A stretch of DNA of 64,000 nucleotides, from positions 1,283-65,282 of the forward strand of contig CBDDKB010000002.1 in assembly GCA_965229935.1 (NCBI GenBank). The letters are read 5' to 3'. The stretch is from Alphaproteobacteria bacterium. GTDB lineage: Bacteria > Pseudomonadota > Alphaproteobacteria > SPJN01. Position 1 is the stretch's first letter; every line of letters begins with the position of its first letter. Made by a program: the position numbers and the translations under genes. This document shows, in pieces, positions 25,865-34,589 of this stretch. The notes under the pieces are model-generated. The model was given only the letters and a program-made list of their open reading frames with translations, did not search any database and was not told the origin of the DNA.

Positions 25865-26482
25865 TCATTTTTTCGGAAGCAGCTTCACGTCAAAATAAGG
25901 GAGGCGTTCCGATTCTTTCGGGCTTTCCAGAGCCGGTCGTGCCTTCTTGCCCGGAAGTGATTTTGCCTTATGTGCGCGAACCTCAAAGCTGTCTTGAAGG
26001 GTCTGACCCGTACTTGGGCATCCGGGCGCGCAGGTATAGGTTTTTCGCCCATCGTCATGCCGGACTTTTGTTCCGCCACAATAGGTGACTTGGCAGTGTC
26101 CACAATTCACAGTGCCGCTATAGTCGCCACACCAAGGGCAATCCCATTTTGCCAAATTGAACTCGGCAGCATCGAAAGCGGCCTTGGTTCCGCTCCCACC
26201 TGAAAAGTGTTTTGCCAGCACACCTTTCTTTGAAGTAGTTGCCGGTGTTTCTGTTGCAATCTTCTCAAGCGTGAAGCGCTTTTCATCGGGCGCGCGTTTG
26301 CAAATAATGGCAAACGGCTTCAAGGTTTTGGCACAGCGCATGGGGATGATGCGGTGTTCTACCTTGCCGCTTGCGGCCTTCAAGGCCTGCATTGTGTCTT
26401 CGAAACTGCGTTCAGTGGCAGAGGGTGTTTCTTCCCGCGCGACAATTTCATTCTTTTTGTTCCAGATTGTCAGCTTACCCAT
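25865..26482 (-). CDS. Cys-rich Zn-binding protein (TerY-C metal-binding-like)
   Basis: RCAKTLKPF...CPWCG...CGHC...C...CAPGC; TAATG overlap with the upstream J-domain gene. Confidence 0.6.
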   Translation of the reverse strand: MGKLTIWNKKNEIVAREETPSATERSFEDTMQALKAASGKVEHRIIPMRCAKTLKPFAIICKRAPDEKRFTLEKIATETPATTSKKGVLAKHFSGGSGTKAAFDAAEFNLAKWDCPWCGDYSGTVNCGHCQVTYCGGTKVRHDDGRKTYTCAPGCPSTGQTLQDSFEVRAHKAKSLPGKKARPALESPKESERLPYFDVKLLPKK

Positions 26483-27426
26483 TATTTCCATCCTTTCGTT
26501 TTCAGTATTAAGTCGCGAGCCATGTTGAGGCGGGTGGCAAGGCGTGCATCGCCGCTCACATCGGGATGGGCCTTTTTCATCGCCATTTTGTAACGCGCGC
26601 CTAGTTCGGCCTTGGTGAAGGGCTCAGAAAGACCGAGAAGCTTAAGCGCTGCCCGATAGTGATCACGCTTTTCAGTATTCGGCTTTGGCTGTTCTTTCTT
26701 TTTGCCGCCACCGGCCCCGCCGCGTTTCTTTCGATTCTGCTGTTCGCGTTTGCGTTGCTCTTCCTGACGGCGGCGCGCTTTGTCGAATTGCTCGCGGTAC
26801 ATCTGTTCACCGATATCGGGATCAGGGTCGCTATTCGGATAGGGCGGCTGTTCACCCCGCTGAAGCGCTTTCCAATATTTCAGGAAGGCACGAAAAGAAT
26901 GAAAGTCATCGCTATATTCTTCGCGGTATGCGGCTTTCAGTTTGCGGCGCAGTGCCTTCCGCCCATGAACTTTGCTTGCGATCCAGCCAAAGAAATCGGC
27001 CATCAGCTCATAGAGGGTGCGAAACGGCCAGCTCGCAATCTCCCAAATCAGGCTGACTATCGTCAGAAATAGCGAAAGAATCCCGCGCACTAGACATTCT
27101 ATGGCCTCGGCCAATGCTTCGGCGGTGATGACGATCATCTGCCAAACCCATTTGCCGGTGGCAACGAGCGCCACCCAAATGCCTGCGATAGTGAGCAGGG
27201 AGACGACACCGGCGACTAAGGTGATAACGCCGCCGGTGATCACAAGCCCGATTTGGAAGGCGAAGGCTGCCCAGCCTTCCCAGCTTTCAGCACGGGCTGC
27301 AAGGATATCAAGTTCCGCGCGATAGCCGATCCAGTCGGCGACCCAGAAGGGAACATGCCAACAAGTGGCAATTCCGAATATCAGGCCGACGACATAGACC
27401 CATTCTTTATGTTCATAGTCTTCCAT
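26482..27426 (-). CDS. Membrane protein with C-terminal J domain
   Basis: N-terminal hydrophobic helices; ALKLLGL...YKMAMKKAHPDVSGD...LNMARDLI (HPD motif). Confidence 0.85.
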   Translation of the reverse strand: MEDYEHKEWVYVVGLIFGIATCWHVPFWVADWIGYRAELDILAARAESWEGWAAFAFQIGLVITGGVITLVAGVVSLLTIAGIWVALVATGKWVWQMIVITAEALAEAIECLVRGILSLFLTIVSLIWEIASWPFRTLYELMADFFGWIASKVHGRKALRRKLKAAYREEYSDDFHSFRAFLKYWKALQRGEQPPYPNSDPDPDIGEQMYREQFDKARRRQEEQRKREQQNRKKRGGAGGGKKKEQPKPNTEKRDHYRAALKLLGLSEPFTKAELGARYKMAMKKAHPDVSGDARLATRLNMARDLILKTKGWK

Positions 27427-27435
27427 TGGGGTGTC

Positions 27436-28116
27436 CTATTCATCAAGATCACCGGGACCGGTTTTCCAGTCATCCTCGGGGCGAGTGGCAAACCCTTCAC
27501 CCAAGCCGGATTGCGCGTTCAAAACTTCATCGCAGGCGATCAGGCGCGTGAGAATGCGCAGGGCTTCTTCCTGCCCGTAGATCGTCATCAGGTCATTGCG
27601 CTGCCCGAGATAATCGAAAGACAGATGAAAGGAGTTGCCATAGACGGGCAGCTTTGCGATGGCGCGCCCGCGAGCGGCTTCTTTCTGGATGGCAAGGCCG
27701 TGTTTGATCTGCTCGAACTTGGCAGAGTCATGGGGCAGCAGCGCGAACTTATGATCGAGCTTGCGATCAAAACGAACCTTGCCCAGAAAACGACCGGCTT
27801 TGACGGTTCCCTCGCTCAGCTTGATGCGCTTGGTGCGGCTGAAAATCAGACGAAATGTGCTGAACCAGAGCGACCAAAGCAGCCACGGCGCGATCAACGC
27901 CACAAGTATCGACCAGTCGGGGCTTTCCGGATGTTCAGCCAGCCACCAACAGGTAGTAACCATCACGACAAAAGCGGTAGTGTTGCTGCAAAAGCGGGTG
28001 AGCTTGAAACGCCACGGTGTCAGATAGCGGGCCTTTACGATAAAGGCACGATGGCCATCTTTGTCCGTAATGATCTTGGTGCGGGGCGCACCTTCAAAAG
28101 GGGAACGATATTGCAT
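27436..28116 (-). CDS. Two-TM membrane protein, function unknown
   Basis: GGAGG RBS before MQYRSPFEG; two hydrophobic segments; 9 bp from the J-domain gene. Confidence 0.75.
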   Translation of the reverse strand: MQYRSPFEGAPRTKIITDKDGHRAFIVKARYLTPWRFKLTRFCSNTTAFVVMVTTCWWLAEHPESPDWSILVALIAPWLLWSLWFSTFRLIFSRTKRIKLSEGTVKAGRFLGKVRFDRKLDHKFALLPHDSAKFEQIKHGLAIQKEAARGRAIAKLPVYGNSFHLSFDYLGQRNDLMTIYGQEEALRILTRLIACDEVLNAQSGLGEGFATRPEDDWKTGPGDLDE

Positions 28117-28229
28117 ATTTGCCTCCATTTGTGGGGCCGGAGGCCTTTGCCACCGGCGAATATGGTGCAAATATGCGTGATCACTTTGGTTGGCGGCCTC
28201 GCGCCAACCTCGTAGAGGAAAAATGGTTT

Positions 28230-29075
28230 ATGCAGCTAACGGATTGGCAGCTTGCGCGCTTAAGAAATGCGCTTCGGGCCTATCACGCCTATGAAAGCAC
28301 TTATGATGACGAGCGTTTCACATGGAAGGACGTGACAGAGGCCATTGCCGAATATACCGGTGTGGTGGTGCCACCAGAACGGCTTAGGCAATTTGTCGAA
28401 GGCGTCCGCCAAAAGGACGGGACATATAAATATACCGTCCCGAAGGCTGACAGGCTGGAAGCCATTCGTGACTTCGCCACTCATGCCGATCTGAACCTGC
28501 TGAGTGAAGATGAGCTGGAAGAACGTGATGTCGATATTCAGGCTGCCATGCGTTTGCTTGATTTTCTCGATCACGACAATGACAGGCGGCATGGCTATCA
28601 GCGCATAGGCTTTCCCGATGACATTGAGGGGCGCTATTGGTCCGTTCAGGAAGAAGCGCCCTTTATTAGGCATTTGGAACTCAAGTTCGAAAAACCTCTC
28701 GATAAGGGCGTTGCTGTCGTTCATTTGCTGGAACGGGATTTTGATGAAGACCAAGCCCCCGGCTGGATGGAGATATTCACGGCTAAGTGGCCGGACGAAT
28801 GTGAAAGCCGGACACGGCATTCGGGCTGGGCAATCCTCACGCCGGAAGACAACATCATGATCTTCCTGAAAGAACTTGGTGTTGGCCGCAATCGTTACTA
28901 TCTGTCATTAGTCAGCACAATGAACCGCGATAATGACGAGCGCGCGCCGTCTTTCACATTGTTGCATCATGATTATCCTGACGATGGTGAAACCTTTCCT
29001 GTGTCGGGACAGCAAGACCCAAGCGTGAGTCAGTTTCTTGATAATCGACACCGCTTCCGGCATGTGGGGCAATAA
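28230..29075 (+). CDS. Putative HTH (XRE-like) regulator with an acidic C-terminal domain
   Basis: TWKDVTEAIAEYTG..PPERLRQFVEG..P..DRLEAIRDF; GAGG RBS; divergent from the membrane/J operon. Confidence 0.55.
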   Translation: MQLTDWQLARLRNALRAYHAYESTYDDERFTWKDVTEAIAEYTGVVVPPERLRQFVEGVRQKDGTYKYTVPKADRLEAIRDFATHADLNLLSEDELEERDVDIQAAMRLLDFLDHDNDRRHGYQRIGFPDDIEGRYWSVQEEAPFIRHLELKFEKPLDKGVAVVHLLERDFDEDQAPGWMEIFTAKWPDECESRTRHSGWAILTPEDNIMIFLKELGVGRNRYYLSLVSTMNRDNDERAPSFTLLHHDYPDDGETFPVSGQQDPSVSQFLDNRHRFRHVGQ

Positions 29076-29078
29076 GAT

Positions 29079-29564
29079 ATGGCAGGAACAGAACATACCA
29101 ATTTCACAGACCGTCTGCTTGAAGATGAACAGAATGTGGAACGCCTATCGCGCCTGACAGCCGAGTTAGGTCAAGGGGCAGTGGGCGTGGAAGGTGAGCG
29201 CGTGCCGCTGCGCGAACGCTTTATTTTCAAAAGCTGGTTTGAACATCCAGCCTACCGCGCGGCAGAACGCGGAGACGCCATTGCCATGCTGTCATGCCTT
29301 CAATCGGGGTTTGATGTGAACCAGCAGCGTGAGCGTTTCGGCGATACGGTTCTGCATATCGCCGCTACCCGCAATGCAAAGAAAGTGGCGATGGTGCTGA
29401 TTGAATCCGGCAAATGCGATTATCTCCTGCGAGACCGAGCGGGTAGGCTGCCTTCTGAAAAGGCCTATTTGTTTGGTGAAAATCCGGCCCTGGCGCGCCT
29501 GCTTGCGATAAAGGAGCGCAAACAGGCTGAGGCGCAAAGGACTAGATTGGCGAGACGACCTTAG
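29079..29564 (+). CDS. Ankyrin-repeat protein
   Basis: AAERGD...GFDVNQQ, GDTVLHIAA...LIESG, RDRAGRLP. Confidence 0.85.
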   Translation: MAGTEHTNFTDRLLEDEQNVERLSRLTAELGQGAVGVEGERVPLRERFIFKSWFEHPAYRAAERGDAIAMLSCLQSGFDVNQQRERFGDTVLHIAATRNAKKVAMVLIESGKCDYLLRDRAGRLPSEKAYLFGENPALARLLAIKERKQAEAQRTRLARRP

Positions 29565-31078
29565 TCCAATGCTTGATTGAACAGTTTTGCGAACGGCCCG
29601 GCGCGATCAAAATACTCAACGCGTTGCAAGATCATTGGGTGATAGCCCGCCCAGATTACAAGCTGGCGCTTGAGGGGATCTGATCGGGCAAAATGTCGGG
29701 TGATCTCTTCCGGTGCCATCAAATCATGTAGTTCCAGTGTTTCGGATTTGCCAGTCAGGCCTTGGCGAGCCTGATCCTGTCCAACTTCGCCACCCCGAAT
29801 GGCAGCGATCTGGGTTTTGCCAAGACGCTTGGAAATATATTCTGTTGTCGCCACATCATTATTGCCAAAGAGCTGCATGATACCGGCATTGGCGGCAAAG
29901 CTTTCCCAGCGCTCTTTGTAAAGCGTTGTGCCTTGCCCCCAATCTTGCAGGATGACCCACAGCTTGACGCCGAAAGAGGCAATCTGCCCTGCGGCGTTTT
30001 CAAGCTGGCTCATATGCCCCAGCACCGGAAACTCATCAAGGCAGACCAGAACGGGATGGACGGCTTTTGCCTTTTCCCGCTCCATTGCATCAAGGAGCTG
30101 GTTGATGAAGATACGCAGCCAGCGATTGCATAGGCCCATACGGCTGGCTGGCAGGCATAGATAAACGGTGACTGCTTCGCGTTTCAAATCGGCCAGATCA
30201 AAATCATGGCCGGAAAGGACAGAGCGCATGGCACTGTATTCGAGCACCTTGGTATGGCGGCGCACGGTAGACAGCACGCTAGCGCGCTCATTCTCGCTTT
30301 TTTCAAAGAAATCGAGCGCCGCGCCTTCAATGGCATCTGCAACATCGGCATAGCCGCAGCCATTGGCAAGCCAATCGGCATTGGCCAGCATTTCGGCGCG
30401 CAAGGCAAAGTCGCCATCCTCATCGGTGCCAAGCCATTGCAGGGCGTGACGTAGTAGGCGACGAACGGTTACCAGATTACGCTCTCCGTCATGGGTGACG
30501 GCGGTGGCGACATGAAGAATGACACCTTCAATAAAGTTGCGGGCGCTTTCATCCCAATGGGGGTCTTTGCCCGCAGCGATGACAAGCGCGTCCCCGATCA
30601 GGGCTGCATCCTCAATGATAGTAGGACTATCTAGGGACAGCATGGCCATCGGGTTAAAGCGCGCGCGGTGTTTGGCGGCTTCTCCGGTGGTTTGATTGAA
30701 AGGATCAAGCACATAAACTTTTTGGCCAAGAGCTGCGCGGCGCGCAGCCGTGATGTTGGCAAGCTCGCCCTTGGGGTCAGTTGCCAGAACGCTGCCGGGG
30801 TAAAAGCACATATTGCCAATGACGGTGACGGACTTACCTGCACGGCTGCCCGCTACGGTCAAGATATGGCGATTGTCTTCTATGCCAATCAGCTTATCGC
30901 CGATGGCTCCCATCAGGATTTTCCCCTCAGGGCGCTTGGGGTCATAGGCAAGCGCAGTGCTTTTGCAGATGGCGTCGGGTGATTGCCAGCGCGCTTGCGG
31001 TGCCGTTTGTTGCTTGAGCGGACGCGAGGGGATACCACGCGGGATGTCTTGCATAAATTTGTCTAACATATTGGTCAT
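29561..31078 (-). CDS. Type IV coupling protein, VirD4/TraG family (no N-terminal TM helices)
   Basis: ARW motif, Walker A AGSRAGKS, TDPKGEL, Walker B LDEF, ILQD. Confidence 0.9.
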   Translation of the reverse strand: MTNMLDKFMQDIPRGIPSRPLKQQTAPQARWQSPDAICKSTALAYDPKRPEGKILMGAIGDKLIGIEDNRHILTVAGSRAGKSVTVIGNMCFYPGSVLATDPKGELANITAARRAALGQKVYVLDPFNQTTGEAAKHRARFNPMAMLSLDSPTIIEDAALIGDALVIAAGKDPHWDESARNFIEGVILHVATAVTHDGERNLVTVRRLLRHALQWLGTDEDGDFALRAEMLANADWLANGCGYADVADAIEGAALDFFEKSENERASVLSTVRRHTKVLEYSAMRSVLSGHDFDLADLKREAVTVYLCLPASRMGLCNRWLRIFINQLLDAMEREKAKAVHPVLVCLDEFPVLGHMSQLENAAGQIASFGVKLWVILQDWGQGTTLYKERWESFAANAGIMQLFGNNDVATTEYISKRLGKTQIAAIRGGEVGQDQARQGLTGKSETLELHDLMAPEEITRHFARSDPLKRQLVIWAGYHPMILQRVEYFDRAGPFAKLFNQALD

Positions 31079-31194
31079 CTCTATGGCGTTCCTCTCACGT
31101 CCTTGAGATTGATCGTGCCTGAAGGGGATGGGCGCGGGCCTCGTGCTGTCCTCGTGGCGGCGGTGCGAGAGCGAAATCATCAAGTCAGCCCTAA

Positions 31195-31369
31195 TCATTT
31201 GAACCCGTTTTGACTAAATACACGCGAGACCTGACAGGGCACACCAGCCGGTCAACGGGCTGCCCGCTCCATTCGCTTCGCTCCCGTGTTGCCCGTAAAC
31301 CCTTATAGGGTGACCGGCTGCCTTGAAGCCCTGTCCAATGGGTTCGCGTCGTCAAAACAGATCAAATGA
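31195..31369. promoter_or_regulatory. ~175-nt nested hairpin, candidate ssDNA promoter/ssi
   Basis: Six nested complementary segments, e.g. CAGCCGGTCA/TGACCGGCTG, GACAGGGC/GCCCTGTC, GTTTTGAC/GTCAAAAC. Confidence 0.6.
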
Positions 31370-31382
31370 AAGGAGACTTAAG

Positions 31383-31604
31383 ATGACAGAACCTCGCAAC
31401 CAAACACGCACACATCAGGCACCGGCCTTGATCGCCTATCACGTTTCAGAACGCGGTGATCAATCATACTGGACCCGCATCGGGGCCGCCTGGGATCACG
31501 AAGATGCCAAAGGCCTGACAGTTCAGCTCGACCTTGTTCCCGCAAATGGCGGACGCATCGTTTTACGCGAAGCAGGTCAAGAGACCGACGGCGAGCAAGG
31601 CTAA
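31383..31604 (+). CDS. Small plasmid-backbone-type protein with WTRIGAAW motif (DUF736-like)
   Basis: AAAGGAG RBS; YWTRIGAAWDH..G..VQLD..P..GRIVLRE. Confidence 0.75.
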   Translation: MTEPRNQTRTHQAPALIAYHVSERGDQSYWTRIGAAWDHEDAKGLTVQLDLVPANGGRIVLREAGQETDGEQG

Positions 31605-31626
31605 ACCCTAAAACATACCCACAGCT

Positions 31627-31657
31627 AAAGCGGGGGCGCGCAAGCGTCCCCGCTTTT
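31627..31657 (+). terminator. Intrinsic terminator
   Basis: AAAGCGGGGGCGC-GCAA-GCGTCCCCGCTTTT. Confidence 0.7.
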
Positions 31658-31865
31658 CGTTTCGGGTTATCCTGATAAGATCAATAAGCGCGTTCGGATT
31701 AGGCAAATGGCTGGGCTGTTTGGTTTATCCGCAACGCTCCGTTTCGACCCGCCATGGTCCGGAAAGTGTGGAAAATCTGCGGCTTTTGGGGCGATTTTAA
31801 GGGTTTGATAACCATGTTCTCCGTAGACTGAAGGAAGAGCAGGTGGAAGGCATTAAGATGGAGTA

Positions 31866-32200
31866 CAAGGTGTGCGTGGTACTACCACGCGCACCTTGGG
31901 GGGGATGTTCCACTCCCCCGCTAACCCCCCTCGGTTATCGCTAAATTCAATCATCCTTTTGGGATGCTTTCATGAAGCGATAGGTCAGCCAGACACGGGA
32001 TCGACCCAATCTGGCTGAGGAAAACGTTTCGCCGTTTAATCACGAGCCGGGAAGACTGCGCTCTCCCCTTGCGCCCCATCGCTCAAAGGGCTTTGGATGC
32101 CCCTTGAAACCCTCCACAAGGCGTATGCCGCCTTGACCTGCATTCAGGGGACTTCGCCTCCCCTGAAAACCCTGGACCAAACCTTGCAGCTTTGGATGCC
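31866..32200. other. Candidate oriT region
   Basis: Non-coding region upstream of mobC/relaxase with a 16-bp inverted repeat (31866-31898) and further hairpins; nic site not identified. Confidence 0.45.
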
Positions 32201-32250
32201 GCGAGGACGCCGCGAGGCAGGGCGTGATGCTGCTTCAGTAAGCAGGAGGC

Positions 32251-32616
32251 ATGGAAAACGGAAAAGACAAACAGGAACGCCCCAAGAAAAGAAGTGCGCC
32301 GATATCCTATCGGCCACCCGCCGAACTCGAAGCCGAGTTTTGGTTGCGGGTGGAGCGTTCCGGTCTTTCCCGAAATGCCTTTATCACGCAGGCCATATTC
32401 GGCGGGGAGGTGCCCCGTGCCTCACGCCGTCCTGTGATTGAGAAGCAACTCATCGCCCATCTGTTGAGCCAGACCGCCCGCCTGCATGATGATCTTCATG
32501 AGATCAGTCTTATTGCCGGAACGGATGCCGGTGTGGCGCTCAAACTGGCACAGGCGGTGGCAGAGCTCACTGCCATCCGGCAGGCCTGCTTCCACGCGAT
32601 GGGGCGGCGATCGTGA
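32251..32616 (+). CDS. mobC: MobC-like relaxosome accessory protein (RHH)
   Basis: PISYR...SGLSRNAFI RHH pattern; overlaps the relaxase start. Confidence 0.7.
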   Translation: MENGKDKQERPKKRSAPISYRPPAELEAEFWLRVERSGLSRNAFITQAIFGGEVPRASRRPVIEKQLIAHLLSQTARLHDDLHEISLIAGTDAGVALKLAQAVAELTAIRQACFHAMGRRS

Positions 32617-34211
32617 TCCCCTTTGCCTCTCAACGTGGTGGCGGCAATGACCTTGCAACCCATTTGCAGAACGAAGCGGAAAATGAGCAGGTGGAAGTTG
32701 CACATATCCGGGGCGCGGTGGCGCACGATCTGCACGGCGCATTCGCCGAATGGGAATTGCAGGCCGACTGCCTGACCAAATGCCAGAACTATCTTTACAG
32801 CCTGTCGATTAATCCGTGGGATAAGATCAACGGCCCGATGAGCCGTGACCAATATATGGATTATATTGGCCGGGTCGAAGATAGTCTGGGGCTGGCCAAT
32901 CAACCCCGCGCCGTGGTCTTTCATTGCAAAAACGGACGCGAGCACGCTCACGTCGTCTGGTCGCGGATTGATGCGGATGAGGGCAAAGCCATCCAGATGA
33001 GCTTTGACCATCAAAAGCTGATGATGGTGACGCGGGAATTTGCCCGTGATCATGATCTGGTCCTGCCAGATGGCTACGAACAATCCCATGATAAAAAGCA
33101 GAAGAACCGGCAGAACAGCCTTTACGATCAACATCAGCAGAACAATACAGGTCGCACCAAGGAAGAGCGAATGGCCGAGGTCACGCAGGCTTGGCGCAGC
33201 GCAGACAGTCCGCAGGGCTTTGTGAATGCTCTTGCCGATATGGGCTATGTGCTGGCGACGGGGAATCGGCCTTATGTGCTGGTGGACTTGCACGGCCATA
33301 TGAGCGCCTTGCCCCGTATGATTGATGACAAGTCGGTGCGCTCAAAGGACGTGGTGGCTTTCCTTGAGAAGGATTATCCGGCAGATGCCTTGCCAACGGT
33401 GGATGAGGCGCGGGAAGCCGCTGCCCGTTATCGTGACCAGCTCACCCAGCATATGGATTACGAGGCATGGGCGGACAAGGCCGATGTGTTGAAGCAGTCC
33501 CATATTGAACGCCGCAAACCGTTGGAGGCCGAAAAAGCCGGTCTCGCGGAACGTATGGCTAAGGAAAAGGCCGCGCTTGTGCAGAAGCAGGCTGCAGAGG
33601 CCAAGCGGCTGCAAGACACTATCGCCAAACAAGAACAGGTCATTGCTGACAAGCGTGCGCTGTTTAACCCGAAAGGATTGATGGCGTTTTTGGGGCGTGC
33701 GTCCGGTGCCATGTTCGTGCGCCGCGTGCTGCATGACTATCAGGACAAGAAGCGCCATGCGGGACAGGCCAATGACCGGGAGGCACTGGCCTTTGTCCAT
33801 CAGGAAGAACAGCGCCTTCAGGAACGGAAACATGCTGCCTTGGAGCAGGATATTGAGCGCCGCTTGCGCAACCTAGAAAAGGTTGAAGCCCGCGAATTTG
33901 CGGCGCTTGATCAGAAGTTTGAGCGTGCCCGCCACCAAGGCCTGCGTCAGGAGCTTAACCGCACCAATATTGATAGTCTCAGCAAGCACTTCCGTGACGC
34001 TGCCGGTCAGGTGCGAGGTGGCCACGAGGGCGGTGGCCATGCTGGCCATGATATCCCGGACTTAACCCAAGAATTTGATCGCGCCTCCGGTGCCGATCAA
34101 GACGAGGGGGATAGCGATGGCGGCGATGAGCGTGATCACCATCCGCGCAGTGAAGAGCATATGCGTAACCGTCGCCGAAAAAAGGATCACGATCGTGGGC
34201 GCGATAGGTAA
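32613..34211 (+). CDS. Relaxase/mobilisation nuclease (MOB_P/VirD2-like)
   Basis: YSLSINP motif II, FHCKNGREHAHVVWSRID HUH motif, coiled-coil C-terminus ending DRGRDR. Confidence 0.9.
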   Translation: MIPFASQRGGGNDLATHLQNEAENEQVEVAHIRGAVAHDLHGAFAEWELQADCLTKCQNYLYSLSINPWDKINGPMSRDQYMDYIGRVEDSLGLANQPRAVVFHCKNGREHAHVVWSRIDADEGKAIQMSFDHQKLMMVTREFARDHDLVLPDGYEQSHDKKQKNRQNSLYDQHQQNNTGRTKEERMAEVTQAWRSADSPQGFVNALADMGYVLATGNRPYVLVDLHGHMSALPRMIDDKSVRSKDVVAFLEKDYPADALPTVDEAREAAARYRDQLTQHMDYEAWADKADVLKQSHIERRKPLEAEKAGLAERMAKEKAALVQKQAAEAKRLQDTIAKQEQVIADKRALFNPKGLMAFLGRASGAMFVRRVLHDYQDKKRHAGQANDREALAFVHQEEQRLQERKHAALEQDIERRLRNLEKVEAREFAALDQKFERARHQGLRQELNRTNIDSLSKHFRDAAGQVRGGHEGGGHAGHDIPDLTQEFDRASGADQDEGDSDGGDERDHHPRSEEHMRNRRRKKDHDRGRDR

Positions 34212-34224
34212 GGAGACAAAGAAC

Positions 34225-34566
34225 ATGGCAGAACAGACCGCTGAGATAATTGTGTTGGGCGATATTCACCATTTTCGTGAAGAGTGCGACGAATGCCACA
34301 ACGGCATAATCACCACCGTGCCTCACAAGGTCTATGAAACCGCCTGCTGTTTTGAAGATATTGAAAAAGTGCTCGGTAAAACAAGCTGGTATTGGGCCGG
34401 GCTATATTGCGATTTCTACAGGAACCATGATTGCCCTGAAGAGTATGAGTTTTGGGTACAGGTTGTTGATCTGCTACATGCCATTGAATTTGGCTGCCGT
34501 GGGGCAATCCGCATTCTGCCTGATGAAATCGCCGCCCAGTCATTCGATGACAGTCTGCCATTCTGA
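34225..34566 (+). CDS. Acidic Cys-rich hypothetical protein (113 aa)
   Basis: AAGGAG RBS right after the relaxase stop; MAEQTAEII...DDSLPF. Confidence 0.6.
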   Translation: MAEQTAEIIVLGDIHHFREECDECHNGIITTVPHKVYETACCFEDIEKVLGKTSWYWAGLYCDFYRNHDCPEEYEFWVQVVDLLHAIEFGCRGAIRILPDEIAAQSFDDSLPF

Positions 34567-34589
34567 CATTTGTGTTATAAGGAATTGCT

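Noticed and set aside
27253-28215. 320-aa plus-strand ORF
   Set aside because: Shadow of the minus-strand membrane genes, which have RBSs, operon spacing and motifs.
31668-31674. TATCCTG as an RP4-type nic site
   Set aside because: A 7-mer can occur by chance, the next base is not the usual pyrimidine, and the adjacent inverted repeat is better explained as the terminator of the 31383 gene.
32097-32441. 114-aa ORF overlapping mobC
   Set aside because: Out of frame with mobC, crosses the hairpin-rich presumed oriT region, and has no motif.
34285-34299. CDECH as a c-type heme motif
   Set aside because: No export signal on the 113-aa protein, so heme attachment is unlikely.
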